NCBI GenBank assembly: GCA_963665325.3
Contig: OZ224045.1
Location: forward strand, 64,001-128,000
Direction of reading: 5' to 3'
Source: Alphaproteobacteria bacterium
GTDB taxonomy: Bacteria > Pseudomonadota > Alphaproteobacteria > Bin95
Length of the DNA stretch: 64,000 bases
The stretch's first letter is position 1; each line of letters begins with the position of its first letter. The translations under genes and the position numbers were made by a program. The notes beneath the pieces were generated by a model. It was not told the DNA's origin. It worked only from the letters and a program-made list of their open reading frames with translations, and made no database searches. Shown piece after piece: positions 29,731 to 38,729 of this stretch.

Positions 29731-31104
29731 ATGACCGATATCTCCTCTGCCACTATCGCCGAACTGGGCCAGGCGCTGCGGGCCGGCCGGGTGACGGCGC
29801 GCGGCCTGCTGGAGCAGGCGCTTGCCAACCGCAACGAGGCGTTCGGCGCATACAAGCTCTGGATGCCGGATTATGCGGCCCGGGCTGCCGACCTCGCCGA
29901 TGCCGCGTTCACGCAGGGCCTCGATTTCGGGCCGTTGCAGGGCTTGCCGGTGTCGGTGAAAGACCTGTTCGGCCTCGCCGGCGCGCCGACACATGCCGGC
30001 GCCCCGAAGCCGCTGCCTGCCTCCTGGGAGACTGAGGGGCCGGTTGTAACTGCAGTCCGGAACGGGCTTGCAGTCGTTACCGGCAAGACACACACGGTCG
30101 AATTCGCCTTCGGCGGCGTCGGCTCGAACCCGCATTGGGGCACGCCGCGCAATCCCTGGGGCGGAACGGCCCACCGCGTGCCGGGCGGCTCCAGCGCCGG
30201 CGCCGGCGTCTCGTTGCTGGAGGGCACGGCAGTCGTCGCGCTTGGCTCCGACACGGCCGGTTCGGTGCGCGTTCCGGCAAGCTTCACCGGCACGGTCGGC
30301 GTTAAGACCAGCTATGGACGCTGGTCGCTGGAAGGCATCGTACCGCTCAGCCCTTCGCTCGATACCGCGGGCGTGCTGACCCGCTCGGTCGCGGACGCCG
30401 CGCTTGCCTTCGCTGCCATAGATCCCATCTGCCGGACGCCGCCGGGGCCGGCAGACCCGGCCGGGCTCAGGCTGGGCGTGGTCGAGAGCTTCTTCGAGGA
30501 TTGCGGTCCGGGTGTGGCGGAGGTCGTGCGGGCCGCCCTTGCCGAGCTCGAGGACCGGGGCGCAGAGGTACGGTCCTTCGATTTCCCGGAAGTCGCCGTC
30601 GCCAACGAAGTCTTCGGGAAGGGCGGGCTGGCGGTGCCCGAATTCGTCGCCTTTATCGAAAACGAGCTGCCCGAATTCAAGGCGACGCTGGACCCCAATG
30701 TTCGCAGCCGCTTCGAGATATTCGGGACGACTACGGCCACGGACTATCTCGGCCGCAAGATGCGTCTCGCCCGCGCCGCGCAGGCGGCGAGCGAACGACT
30801 TGCCGGTATCGACGCCGTGGTCGGGCCGACGACGCCGATCACAGCGCCGCTGTTGCAGCATGCGGCCGAAGGGGAGGGCTATCGGACGCACAACATGGCG
30901 GCGCTCCGCAACACCATGCCGGGCAATATGCTGGAACTTTGCGGGCTTACGATCCCCGCGGGTCTGGACGGGAACGGCATGCCGGTCGGCCTGCAACTTC
31001 TCGCCGGGCGCGGCATGGACGAGCGGCTGATGTCTATCGGGCTCGCCGTCGAATCCGTCATTGGTCCGGCCTCCCGCCGCCTGGGGTCCCCTCCGGGCAT
31101 GTGA
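29731..31104 (+). CDS. Amidase-signature family enzyme
   Basis: GPLQGLPVSVKDL, GKT, RVPGGSSAG, GSDTAGSVRVPA, PVGLQL. Confidence 0.92.
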   Translation: MTDISSATIAELGQALRAGRVTARGLLEQALANRNEAFGAYKLWMPDYAARAADLADAAFTQGLDFGPLQGLPVSVKDLFGLAGAPTHAGAPKPLPASWETEGPVVTAVRNGLAVVTGKTHTVEFAFGGVGSNPHWGTPRNPWGGTAHRVPGGSSAGAGVSLLEGTAVVALGSDTAGSVRVPASFTGTVGVKTSYGRWSLEGIVPLSPSLDTAGVLTRSVADAALAFAAIDPICRTPPGPADPAGLRLGVVESFFEDCGPGVAEVVRAALAELEDRGAEVRSFDFPEVAVANEVFGKGGLAVPEFVAFIENELPEFKATLDPNVRSRFEIFGTTTATDYLGRKMRLARAAQAASERLAGIDAVVGPTTPITAPLLQHAAEGEGYRTHNMAALRNTMPGNMLELCGLTIPAGLDGNGMPVGLQLLAGRGMDERLMSIGLAVESVIGPASRRLGSPPGM

Positions 31105-31134
31105 ACCGAGCGCCCGTGAAAGGAAGCGCAATCC

Positions 31135-31917
31135 ATGGCCTATGAGCCTTTCAACCTCGCCGGCAAGGCCGCGCTGATTACCGGCGGCAACAGCGGTATC
31201 GGCCTCGGCTTCGCCGAAGCCATCGCCCAGGCGGGCGGCGATGTCTGCATCTGGGGCACGAACGAGGAGAAGAACGCCGCCGCGCTCGAAACGCTCCGCC
31301 AATACGATGTGAAGTCGGTGGCGATGCGCTGCAATGTCGCCGACGAGGAGGAGGTCGTCGAACGCTTCGCGGAAACGGTGGCCGAACTCGGCAAGGTCAC
31401 GGCCTGCTTCGCCAATGCGGGTGTCGGCTCGGACCGGCGCGCGCTGAAGGGCGGCTTCTCGACCATGCCTACCGCGGAATGGCGCCGGGTGCTGGACGTC
31501 AATCTCGACGGCGCGTTCTTCACGCTGCGGGCTGCAGCTGGCCACATGATCGAGCAGGGCATCGCCGGTTCGCTGGCTGCGACATCGAGCCTCGCCGCCA
31601 TCATGGGCCAGGCGCGCGGCGAGCATTACGGCGCCGGCAAGGGCGCGCTGGTCGCCATGATGCGCGCGCTCGCGGTCGAATACGGACGCAACGGCATTCG
31701 CGCCAACAGCGTCCTGCCCGGCTGGATAGAAACCCCGATGACGGCGCCGGCCTTCAACTGGGACCGTTTCCGCGACGCCGTGCTTCCGCGTGTGCCGGCC
31801 GGCCGATGGGGCGAGAAGGAGGATTTCGGCGGCATCGCGGTCTATCTCGTCTCCGACGCCAGCCGCTACCACTCGGGCGACACGTTCGTTATCGACGGCG
31901 CCTATTCGCTGTTTTAG
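31135..31917 (+). CDS. Short-chain dehydrogenase/reductase
   Basis: TGGNSGIG, ANAG, YGAGK, NSVLPG. Confidence 0.93.
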   Translation: MAYEPFNLAGKAALITGGNSGIGLGFAEAIAQAGGDVCIWGTNEEKNAAALETLRQYDVKSVAMRCNVADEEEVVERFAETVAELGKVTACFANAGVGSDRRALKGGFSTMPTAEWRRVLDVNLDGAFFTLRAAAGHMIEQGIAGSLAATSSLAAIMGQARGEHYGAGKGALVAMMRALAVEYGRNGIRANSVLPGWIETPMTAPAFNWDRFRDAVLPRVPAGRWGEKEDFGGIAVYLVSDASRYHSGDTFVIDGAYSLF

Positions 31918-31933
31918 AGGGGAGTTACAGCAC

Positions 31934-32710
31934 ATGCCTGAAGGATTGGTCGAAGCGAGTATCGACGAACGCGGCGTGGCGCGCGTCGCCATCGACAACC
32001 AACGCCGCCTCAATTGCCTGAGCGGCGCGACGGCGCAAGCCTTCGCCGATGCCGTGAATGCGTATTCCGGGCGCAGCGACCTTCGGGTCGTGGTGGTGAC
32101 CGGCAACGGCCCCAAGGCCTTCATGGGCGGGGCGGACCTGCGCGAACTGGGCGGCCTTGATCCGGTGTCAGGCCGTGCGTTCATCAGCCGCATCCACGCC
32201 ATGTCGAAGGCGCTTCGGGACTGCCCGGTTCCCGTGATCGGGCGGATCAACGGCTATTGCCTGGGCGCCGGACTCGAGGTCGCGGCGGCCTGCGACATGC
32301 GCGTCGCCTCCGACAATGCAGTGCTGGGAATGCCGGAGGTGAAGGTCGGCCTGCCTTCGGTCGTGGAAGCCGCGCTTTTCCCGCAATTGATCGGATGGGG
32401 CAGGGCGAAGCTGCTCTGCTACACCGGCGAGAACATCGACGCGGCAGAAGCGCTCTCCTGGGGGCTGGTCGAGAAGGTGGTGCCCGCGGATGCACTCGAC
32501 GATGCAGTGGAGCAGTGGGTCGGGCAGATTCTCGAAGGCGGCCCGCGCGCCATCCGGCTCCAGAAGGAGCTGATCCGCGAATGGGAGGCCATGCCGGTAA
32601 ACGACGCCATCCAGGCCGGCATCCGCAGCCTCGTACGCGCCATGGAAACCGACGAGCCGAAACGCATGATTGCCGAAACGCTGGAACGCCTGGCGAAACG
32701 CAAGGGCTGA
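31934..32710 (+). CDS. Enoyl-CoA hydratase/isomerase family protein
   Basis: AFMGGADL, PVIGRINGYCLGAGLE, DMRVA, MPEVKVGL, EALSWGLV. RBS GGAG upstream. Confidence 0.92.
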   Translation: MPEGLVEASIDERGVARVAIDNQRRLNCLSGATAQAFADAVNAYSGRSDLRVVVVTGNGPKAFMGGADLRELGGLDPVSGRAFISRIHAMSKALRDCPVPVIGRINGYCLGAGLEVAAACDMRVASDNAVLGMPEVKVGLPSVVEAALFPQLIGWGRAKLLCYTGENIDAAEALSWGLVEKVVPADALDDAVEQWVGQILEGGPRAIRLQKELIREWEAMPVNDAIQAGIRSLVRAMETDEPKRMIAETLERLAKRKG

Positions 32711-32822
32711 GCGCGCGTTTCGGGTCCAAGCCTGAAATCGCCGGCCCGGTCCCGGAAGAAGGTTGCGTCTGTGGTCTTCTGTGGTTTGTTCCACTATACC
32801 AGAAAAAAATCCGCCAATGGGC

Positions 32823-32849
32823 TTGATCCTGAAATTTCTGTGTTAGAAT
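32823..32849 (+). promoter_or_regulatory. Putative sigma70 promoter with extended -10
   Basis: TTGATC (32823-32828), 15 nt spacer, TG-n-TAGAAT (32841-32849), with an A-tract just upstream (AGAAAAAAAT) in otherwise GC-rich DNA. No credible ORF downstream. Confidence 0.55.
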
Positions 32850-32891
32850 GATGCAGAAGGAGGCGGCTTCCGGAGGCCGCCCCGCCTTCCA

Positions 32892-32918
32892 CGCCGGCGC
32901 CGGCGCCGGCGCCGGCGC
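32892..32918. repeat. (CGCCGG)4-CGC self-complementary microsatellite
   Basis: cgccggcgccggcgccggcgccggcgc read directly. Confidence 0.85.
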
Positions 32919-33316
32919 AAAGAAATCCAATTGGAACCCACGGGAGACGTGCGCCTTGCATTTGCTTTGCGCGCGCAGGCGCAATCAGGCGCGCGAACCG
33001 CGCCGCCGCGAAACGCGCCCGCCCGCGCCCGTCCGCGATTGCGCGCGGAAATAGGGTTCCGCCGCAACGGGGCTGGCGGAAGGAAGACCGGAACGAAAGG
33101 GAACGAAACGGGATGAGGGCACGATGGTCGGACGCAGACAGACGCAGGCCTCGCGGGGGTGGGTGCTCATGACATTTTGCAGGAGGTTCCGCTGCTCGGG
33201 GAGCAGGCCGCCGGCGCGGAGGACAAAACGAAGACGGATCGAGAGGACAGACCCTTGCCGAAAGAACGGCTTCATGCCGGAAGAGACAACAGCTCATGCT
33301 CTATCCGTATGGGGAT

Positions 33317-33346
33317 CATGACAAAACATGACACTTCATGACACTC
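33317..33346. repeat. Three 10-bp tandem repeats CATGACAnnn
   Basis: CATGACAAAA CATGACACTT CATGACACTC; a fourth isolated CATGACA at 33168. Confidence 0.9.
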
Positions 33347-33459
33347 CACTGGAGTGGGCCCCTGGGCGGAGTGGGCCCCGCTGCAAGGCCCCTGCCGGAA
33401 GCCGGCGATAGGCGGTGCTGCCGCGTACGACCGCCGATTCATCCGGATCGGACCGCGTT

Positions 33460-34557
33460 CTAATCCGCCGCTCGCTCCCGGACGATCCAGCCGCCGCCGA
33501 GCACGCGGCCGCTCTCGTAGAACACGGCGGCCTGTCCGGCGGCGATGCCGTACTCCGGCTCGTCGAGAAGGACTTCAACGGTGTCGCCGCGTGGGTAGAG
33601 GGATGCGGACCGGGGCTCTGCGGTCGAGCGGATGCGGACTGCCGCCCTCTGGCCTTCCGTCGGCGCCTCGCCGTCTCCGAGCCAGTTGACCTCGCGTACC
33701 CGGAAGCGGTGGCGCCCGAGCGCCTCGCGTGGGCCCACGACGACCCGGTGGCGGTCCGGATCGAGAGCCAGCACGAAGAGCCGCTCGCCATCGGCGGCAT
33801 TGCCGAGGTCGAGCCCGCGCCGCTGGCCGACGGTGAAATTGACGATGCCCTCGTGACGGCCGAGGACGCGGCCGTCCCGGTCCACGATCTCGCCCGGCTC
33901 CAGCGCCCCGGGCCGCAGGCGTGCGACGATATCGGCATAGCGGCCATCCGGCACGAAGCAGATGTCCTGGCTGTCCGGCTTCTCCGCCACCGGCAGGGCC
34001 AGCCGCGCGGCTTCCTGCCGCACCCGGTCCTTGGGCATGCCGCCGAGCGGGAAGCGCAGGAAATCGAGCTGCTCGCGGGTGGTGGCGAACAGGAAATAGC
34101 TCTGGTCCTTGCCGGCGTCCTCGGCCCGGTGCAATTCCGGGCCCGGCAGGCGCTGCACATAATGGCCGGTAGCGAGCGCGTCCGCTCCGAGGTCCTTCGC
34201 TGTCGCCAGCAGGTCGCGGAACTTCACCGTCCGATTGCACTGCACGCAGGGCAGGGGCGTTTCCCCGGCGAGGTAGCTGTCGGCGAAATCGTCCATGACG
34301 GCGGCCCGGAACCGGCTCTCATAGTCCAGCACATAGTGCGGGATGCCGAGCCGGTCCGCGACCGCGCGCGCGTCGTGAATGTCCTGCCCGGCGCAGCAGG
34401 CGCCCTTGCGCTGTATCGCCGCGCCGTGGTCGTAAAGCTGGAGCGTGATGCCGACGACCTCGTAGCCCGACTCTGCAAGCAGCGCGGCGGTGACGGAACT
34501 GTCCACACCGCCGGACATGGCGACGACCACGCGGGAAGATGTCGGAAGATCGAGCAT
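33460..34557 (-). CDS. mnmA: tRNA 2-thiouridylase
   Basis: [67 protein letters not shown]. Confidence 0.96.
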   Translation of the reverse strand: MLDLPTSSRVVVAMSGGVDSSVTAALLAESGYEVVGITLQLYDHGAAIQRKGACCAGQDIHDARAVADRLGIPHYVLDYESRFRAAVMDDFADSYLAGETPLPCVQCNRTVKFRDLLATAKDLGADALATGHYVQRLPGPELHRAEDAGKDQSYFLFATTREQLDFLRFPLGGMPKDRVRQEAARLALPVAEKPDSQDICFVPDGRYADIVARLRPGALEPGEIVDRDGRVLGRHEGIVNFTVGQRRGLDLGNAADGERLFVLALDPDRHRVVVGPREALGRHRFRVREVNWLGDGEAPTEGQRAAVRIRSTAEPRSASLYPRGDTVEVLLDEPEYGIAAGQAAVFYESGRVLGGGWIVRERAAD

Positions 34558-34643
34558 CGGCAGACCTGTGGGGAACCGGCGGGAAACTGGTTCAGCGCCC
34601 GCTATCGGTCAACCGCTCATGCACGTTCGAACGGAAAGTAACC

Positions 34644-36959
34644 TCACGCCTCGATGATGGACGGGGGCGTAAACGCGGTGATTGCGGGCGCGTCGCCCTC
34701 GAACCGTTCGACCTCCACCAGCGCGGTCTGGGCCGCGCAGCACTGGGTAAGCGTCGATGTCGGCTTGTCGTTGGTGAGCACGTTCGGATTGCCGTGCTTC
34801 TCCAGGCTTCCCGGCACTGCCGGATCGACGGGATCGAACCAGGCGCCGGTCGCAAGCTCCACTACGCCACGTCGGATCGCGTCGCTGACGACGACGCCGG
34901 CGAGGCAGGCGCCGCGATCATTGAAGACGCGCACGATATCGCCGTCCGCGATGCCCCTTCGGGCCGCATCGTCCGGGTTCATCCGCATCGCCTCGCGCCC
35001 GGCGACCTTGGCGGCTCGGCTGACCGAACCGCAGTCGAGCTGGCTGTGGAGCCGTGCGCGTGGCTGGTTCGAGAGCATGTGGAGCGGAAAGCGCTCCACC
35101 TTGTCGCTGCCGAGCCACTCCACCGGCTCCACCCAGGTCGGATGACCCGGAGCGTCGTCATAGCCGAAACCCGCGATGGTTTCCGAGTAGATCTCGATTT
35201 TTCCCGAGGGGGTCTTAAGCGGCGAGCCGTCCGGGTCCTGCCGGAAGTCGGCGAAGGGAATTGGAGGGCTGTCGGGCTGCGGGAGTTCGAAATGCCCGGC
35301 CTCCCAGAAGCTCTCGAAGCCCGGCATCTCGATGCCGTCCTTCGCGACGCGTTGGCGATAGAGATCGTAGAGGTGGCGAAGCCATTCCATCTCGCTGCGG
35401 CCCTCGGTGAAGGCCTCGGCAAAACCGAGCCGGTCGGCCAGACCGCTGTAGATGTCGTATTCGCTGCGCGCTTGGCCGACAGGATCGATCGCCTGCTGGC
35501 TCGCCAGAACGAAGCGGTCGAACTGGGACGCTGCAATGTCGTTCCGTTCGAGCGTCGTCGTGCAGGGCAGCACGATGTCCGCCCGCTTCGCCGCCGGCGT
35601 CCACCAGGGCTCGTGGATGATGATGGTGTCCGGTTTGGCCCAGCCCTTGAGCAGGTTGTTCAGGTCCTGATGCTTGTGGAACGGGTTGCCGCCGCACCAG
35701 TAGATCAGCCGGATATCGGGGTAGTGGCGGTCCTCCCCGTTGAAGCTGTATGGCGCGCCGGGGTTGAGCAGCATGTCCGCCAGCCGCGCGACAGGAATCG
35801 TGGTGGCGACATCGTTCTTTCCCGTGAGAAGCCTGGGCGGCGCCACCTGCCGGGTTGCCGCGCCGATGCCGTGCATGGCGCCGTATCCGAAGCCGAACCC
35901 GCCGCCCGGCAGGCCGATCTGGCCCAGCATCGCCGCAAGCGCGATGGTCATCCAGTAGGGCTGCTCGCCCCGGTCGGCGCGCTGGACCGACCAGCTCACC
36001 CCGATCATGGTGCGCGAAGAGGCCATCCGGCGGGCGAGGCTGCGGATCGCTCCGGCCGGCATCCCGGCGATTCCGGAGGCCCAGTCGGCGTCTCTGGCGA
36101 TCCCGTCCGCCGCGCCGAGGAGATAGGCGGCAAGCCTGTCGAACCCGGTGCAGTAGCGGGCGAGGAAATCGGCATCGTGCAGGTCTTCGCTGAGGAGCGT
36201 GTGCGCGAGCCCCAGCATGACGGCGAGGTCGGTGTTGGGCCGGACCGGGTGCCATTCGGCTTCGGCCTCGTCTCCCGTGTCGTCGCGGATCGGGCCGATG
36301 CAAACGAACCGGGTCCCGGCTTCCACCGCGCGCCTGTGCCAGTCGGCGGACTCATGTGCGCCGACACCGCCCTGATTGACCATGGAGTTCTTGGGCGGCA
36401 TGCCGCCGAATGCCACCATCAGCTCCGTGTGCTCGACGATCACGGGCCATGTGTTGACCGGCCCGAACACCGGCTGCATCGAGCCGACGATGCGCGGGAC
36501 GATGACGCTGGCTGCGCCGACGCTGAAACTCGTCACCTGGTCGATGAAGCCGCCATGGAGGTTGAGGAAGCGGCCAAGCTGGCTGCGCGCATTGTGGAAG
36601 TTGCCGGCGCTGCCCCAGCCGGAACTGCCGTAGATGGCTTCGTTGCCGTATTCCTTTGCGACCCGTTGGAGCTCGCCCGCCACCAGGTCGAGCGCGCGGT
36701 CCCAGCTCACCGCGACGAAAGGCTCCGTCCCCCGCGCGGCGGCGTTGGCGCCCGGTCCGCCTTCCAGCCACGACTTCCGCACCGCAGGCGTCGCAATGCG
36801 GCACTCGGCATGAACTGCGTCCGGCAGCGCCTGGATGAAAGGCGCCGGGCTCGGGTCCATGCCGAACGGCTCAACGCCGACCAACCGCCCGTCGGTCGCC
36901 GTCGCCGTGAAGGCGCCCCAATGGCTCGCCCCGAATGCGCTCCGCGTTCCGTCAGGCAT
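34644..36959 (-). CDS. Molybdopterin oxidoreductase, DMSO reductase family (BisC/TorZ-like, no signal peptide)
   Basis: SHWGAF, VRKSWL, FVAVSWD, RPNTDLA, QRADRGEQ, GGNPFH, ADIVLP.TT.LERND, TPSGKIEI, RLHSQ, HGNPNVLT. Confidence 0.92.
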   Translation of the reverse strand: MPDGTRSAFGASHWGAFTATATDGRLVGVEPFGMDPSPAPFIQALPDAVHAECRIATPAVRKSWLEGGPGANAAARGTEPFVAVSWDRALDLVAGELQRVAKEYGNEAIYGSSGWGSAGNFHNARSQLGRFLNLHGGFIDQVTSFSVGAASVIVPRIVGSMQPVFGPVNTWPVIVEHTELMVAFGGMPPKNSMVNQGGVGAHESADWHRRAVEAGTRFVCIGPIRDDTGDEAEAEWHPVRPNTDLAVMLGLAHTLLSEDLHDADFLARYCTGFDRLAAYLLGAADGIARDADWASGIAGMPAGAIRSLARRMASSRTMIGVSWSVQRADRGEQPYWMTIALAAMLGQIGLPGGGFGFGYGAMHGIGAATRQVAPPRLLTGKNDVATTIPVARLADMLLNPGAPYSFNGEDRHYPDIRLIYWCGGNPFHKHQDLNNLLKGWAKPDTIIIHEPWWTPAAKRADIVLPCTTTLERNDIAASQFDRFVLASQQAIDPVGQARSEYDIYSGLADRLGFAEAFTEGRSEMEWLRHLYDLYRQRVAKDGIEMPGFESFWEAGHFELPQPDSPPIPFADFRQDPDGSPLKTPSGKIEIYSETIAGFGYDDAPGHPTWVEPVEWLGSDKVERFPLHMLSNQPRARLHSQLDCGSVSRAAKVAGREAMRMNPDDAARRGIADGDIVRVFNDRGACLAGVVVSDAIRRGVVELATGAWFDPVDPAVPGSLEKHGNPNVLTNDKPTSTLTQCCAAQTALVEVERFEGDAPAITAFTPPSIIEA

Positions 36960-37059
36960 GTCGGCCTCCCCGTGAATGGCGGTTATCGTAGCGTAAGCGG
37001 CAGGGCATTGAACTCAGGGACGGGCGCGCGGAACCGGGCCGGCCGCTTCGGCTCCGGCT

Positions 37060-38271
37060 TCACGCGACCGCGCCGGAAGCCCTCAGAGCGGCGACGTCTT
37101 CCGGCGTACGGCCCAACTCGGCAAGAATCTCGTCGGTGTGCTGCCCCGTTTCGGGAGCCGGGCCGGGTGCGGTCTTTTCCTCTCCCTCGACCCAGACGGG
37201 CGCGGCGACCGTGTGGCTCGAAAGGCCGGACGGGTCCTCGTGGGGAACGACGATTTCCGCAGCGTGCATCTGCGGGTCGTCCGGAATGTCCTCGGTCTTC
37301 CCGACGACGCCGAATGCCAGCCCCTCCGCCTCCAGCCGTTCCCGCCAGACGGGCCAGGGCTCGCGGATGAAGACCTCGTCCAGAACCGCGATCAGCTCGC
37401 GGGCATGGCGGTGCCGGGCCGGCTTCTCGGCGAAGCGCGGGTCCGTGCCGAGGTCGGGCCGATCGAGCGCCCGCAGCAGGTTGGGCCACTGCTTGTCCTC
37501 GTTGACGAGGCTCAGAATGAACCAGCGCCCGTCCGCGCAGCGGTAATGATTGGCCACGCCCGTCGCCCAGTTCTCGCGCTTCGGCCGGGTCGGGATATCG
37601 AGCCCGCAAAGCGCCGCCTGGGCGTAGAACGCATTGAACCAGACGCCGTTCGCCATGAGATTGGTGTGCGCCTTGCCGCCTTTGCCCGTCATCTGGCGGC
37701 GGTAGAGCGCCATCATCACGGACGCGAACAGCGCCACGCCAGTGGGATGGTCCCCCATGCCAGGAAGCGAACGGGCCGGAGAACCCTCCGGGTCGGGGCG
37801 CACGAGGTCCATCAGTCCCGTGCGCGCCCAGAGCGCCGTCGAATCGAAGCCGGTCTTGCCGGCTTCCGGCCCGGCCTCGCCATAGGCCGACAACGAGGCG
37901 TAGATCAGCCGGTCGTTGAGCGGCGCGATGTCCTCGTAGCGCAGCTTGAGCTGTTCGCGCACACGCGGCGGATAGTTGGTGATGAACACATCGGCCGTCG
38001 AAGCCAGCTCCCGCAGGACAGCGCGCCCGGCCTCCTGTCGCAGATCGAGCGCAAGCCCCCGCTTCGAGCGGTTGTCCACCATCCAGGAATAGTCCACATG
38101 GGACGAGGGGAAGCCCGGAAACGCCGACAGTCCGCGATAGGAATCGCCCGTCGGCGGCTCGACCTTGATAACGTCCGCTCCGAAGTCGGCGAGCATGGTC
38201 GCCGCCACCGGAGCTGCGATGAAGCTGGCCACATCGAGGACCTTGAGGCCCGCGAAAAGAGACTCCGCCAT
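37060..38271 (-). CDS. CoA-transferase family III (CaiB/BaiF)
   Basis: LKVLDVASFIAAP, ADFGADVIKVEPP.GD, NRSKR, GFD, MGD, APETGQH. Confidence 0.92.
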   Translation of the reverse strand: MAESLFAGLKVLDVASFIAAPVAATMLADFGADVIKVEPPTGDSYRGLSAFPGFPSSHVDYSWMVDNRSKRGLALDLRQEAGRAVLRELASTADVFITNYPPRVREQLKLRYEDIAPLNDRLIYASLSAYGEAGPEAGKTGFDSTALWARTGLMDLVRPDPEGSPARSLPGMGDHPTGVALFASVMMALYRRQMTGKGGKAHTNLMANGVWFNAFYAQAALCGLDIPTRPKRENWATGVANHYRCADGRWFILSLVNEDKQWPNLLRALDRPDLGTDPRFAEKPARHRHARELIAVLDEVFIREPWPVWRERLEAEGLAFGVVGKTEDIPDDPQMHAAEIVVPHEDPSGLSSHTVAAPVWVEGEEKTAPGPAPETGQHTDEILAELGRTPEDVAALRASGAVA

Positions 38272-38292
38272 GGCGGTTCCCTCCGGGTGCAT

Positions 38293-38622
38293 TCAGTTTT
38301 GGTAGTAGGGAAGAGGCGCGTAGTGGCCGTTCTCGTATTCGCCGAACATTTCGTCCACCTGCGGATGCCGGCAAGGACGGCCGGAATGGTCTTCGAGAAG
38401 GTTCTGCTCGGAAACATAGGCGATATAGGTGGTTTCCGCGTTCTCCGCGAGTAGGTGGTAGTAGGGCTGATCGCGGCGCGGCCGCGTCTCCGCCGGGATC
38501 GATTCCCACCATTCTTCCGTGTTGGAAAAGGTCGGATCGACATCGAATATAACGCCCCGGAACGGGTAGCGGCGATGCCTCACCACCTGGCCGATACCGA
38601 ACTTGGCTTCCCGCATTTCCAT
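38293..38622 (-). CDS. hspQ: Heat shock protein HspQ (YccV-like)
   Basis: AKFGIGQVVRHR.YPFRGVIFDVDP, QPYYHLLAEN, AYVSEQNL, HP. Confidence 0.93.
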   Translation of the reverse strand: MEMREAKFGIGQVVRHRRYPFRGVIFDVDPTFSNTEEWWESIPAETRPRRDQPYYHLLAENAETTYIAYVSEQNLLEDHSGRPCRHPQVDEMFGEYENGHYAPLPYYQN

Positions 38623-38729
38623 GGGCTTCCGTCTTCATCGTGCGAACGGTTGGTCCGCGCAGGCGATGCCCGCGCTTCGTGTCCTAGAGCATATCGCGGC
38701 GGACGCATCCGGCAAGCGGCCGGCCCGCC

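Larger units (their letters stand above)
32856..33380 (+). ncRNA. Candidate structured non-coding RNA or repetitive element (unassigned)
   Basis: Series of complementary segments beginning 7 nt after the -10 box, plus 10-bp-period repeats (see findings). The 3' end is uncertain. Confidence 0.4.

Noticed and set aside
29557-32250. 897-aa minus-strand ORF
   Set aside because: Antisense to amidase, SDR and crotonase; no recognisable domain.
33091-33104. Possible alphaproteobacterial LexA box (GAAC-N7-GAAC)
   Set aside because: The spacing here is N6, not N7.
32794-33341. Small ORFs in the large intergenic element
   Set aside because: Low-complexity R/A/P-rich translations with no domain; the 10-bp repeats are not codon-phased.
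32711-33459. Possible CRISPR array
   Set aside because: No 23-47 bp repeats with unique spacers, and no cas genes in the window.
34539-37370. 943-aa plus-strand ORF
   Set aside because: Antisense shadow of the molybdoenzyme gene; no motifs, and expected in high-GC DNA.
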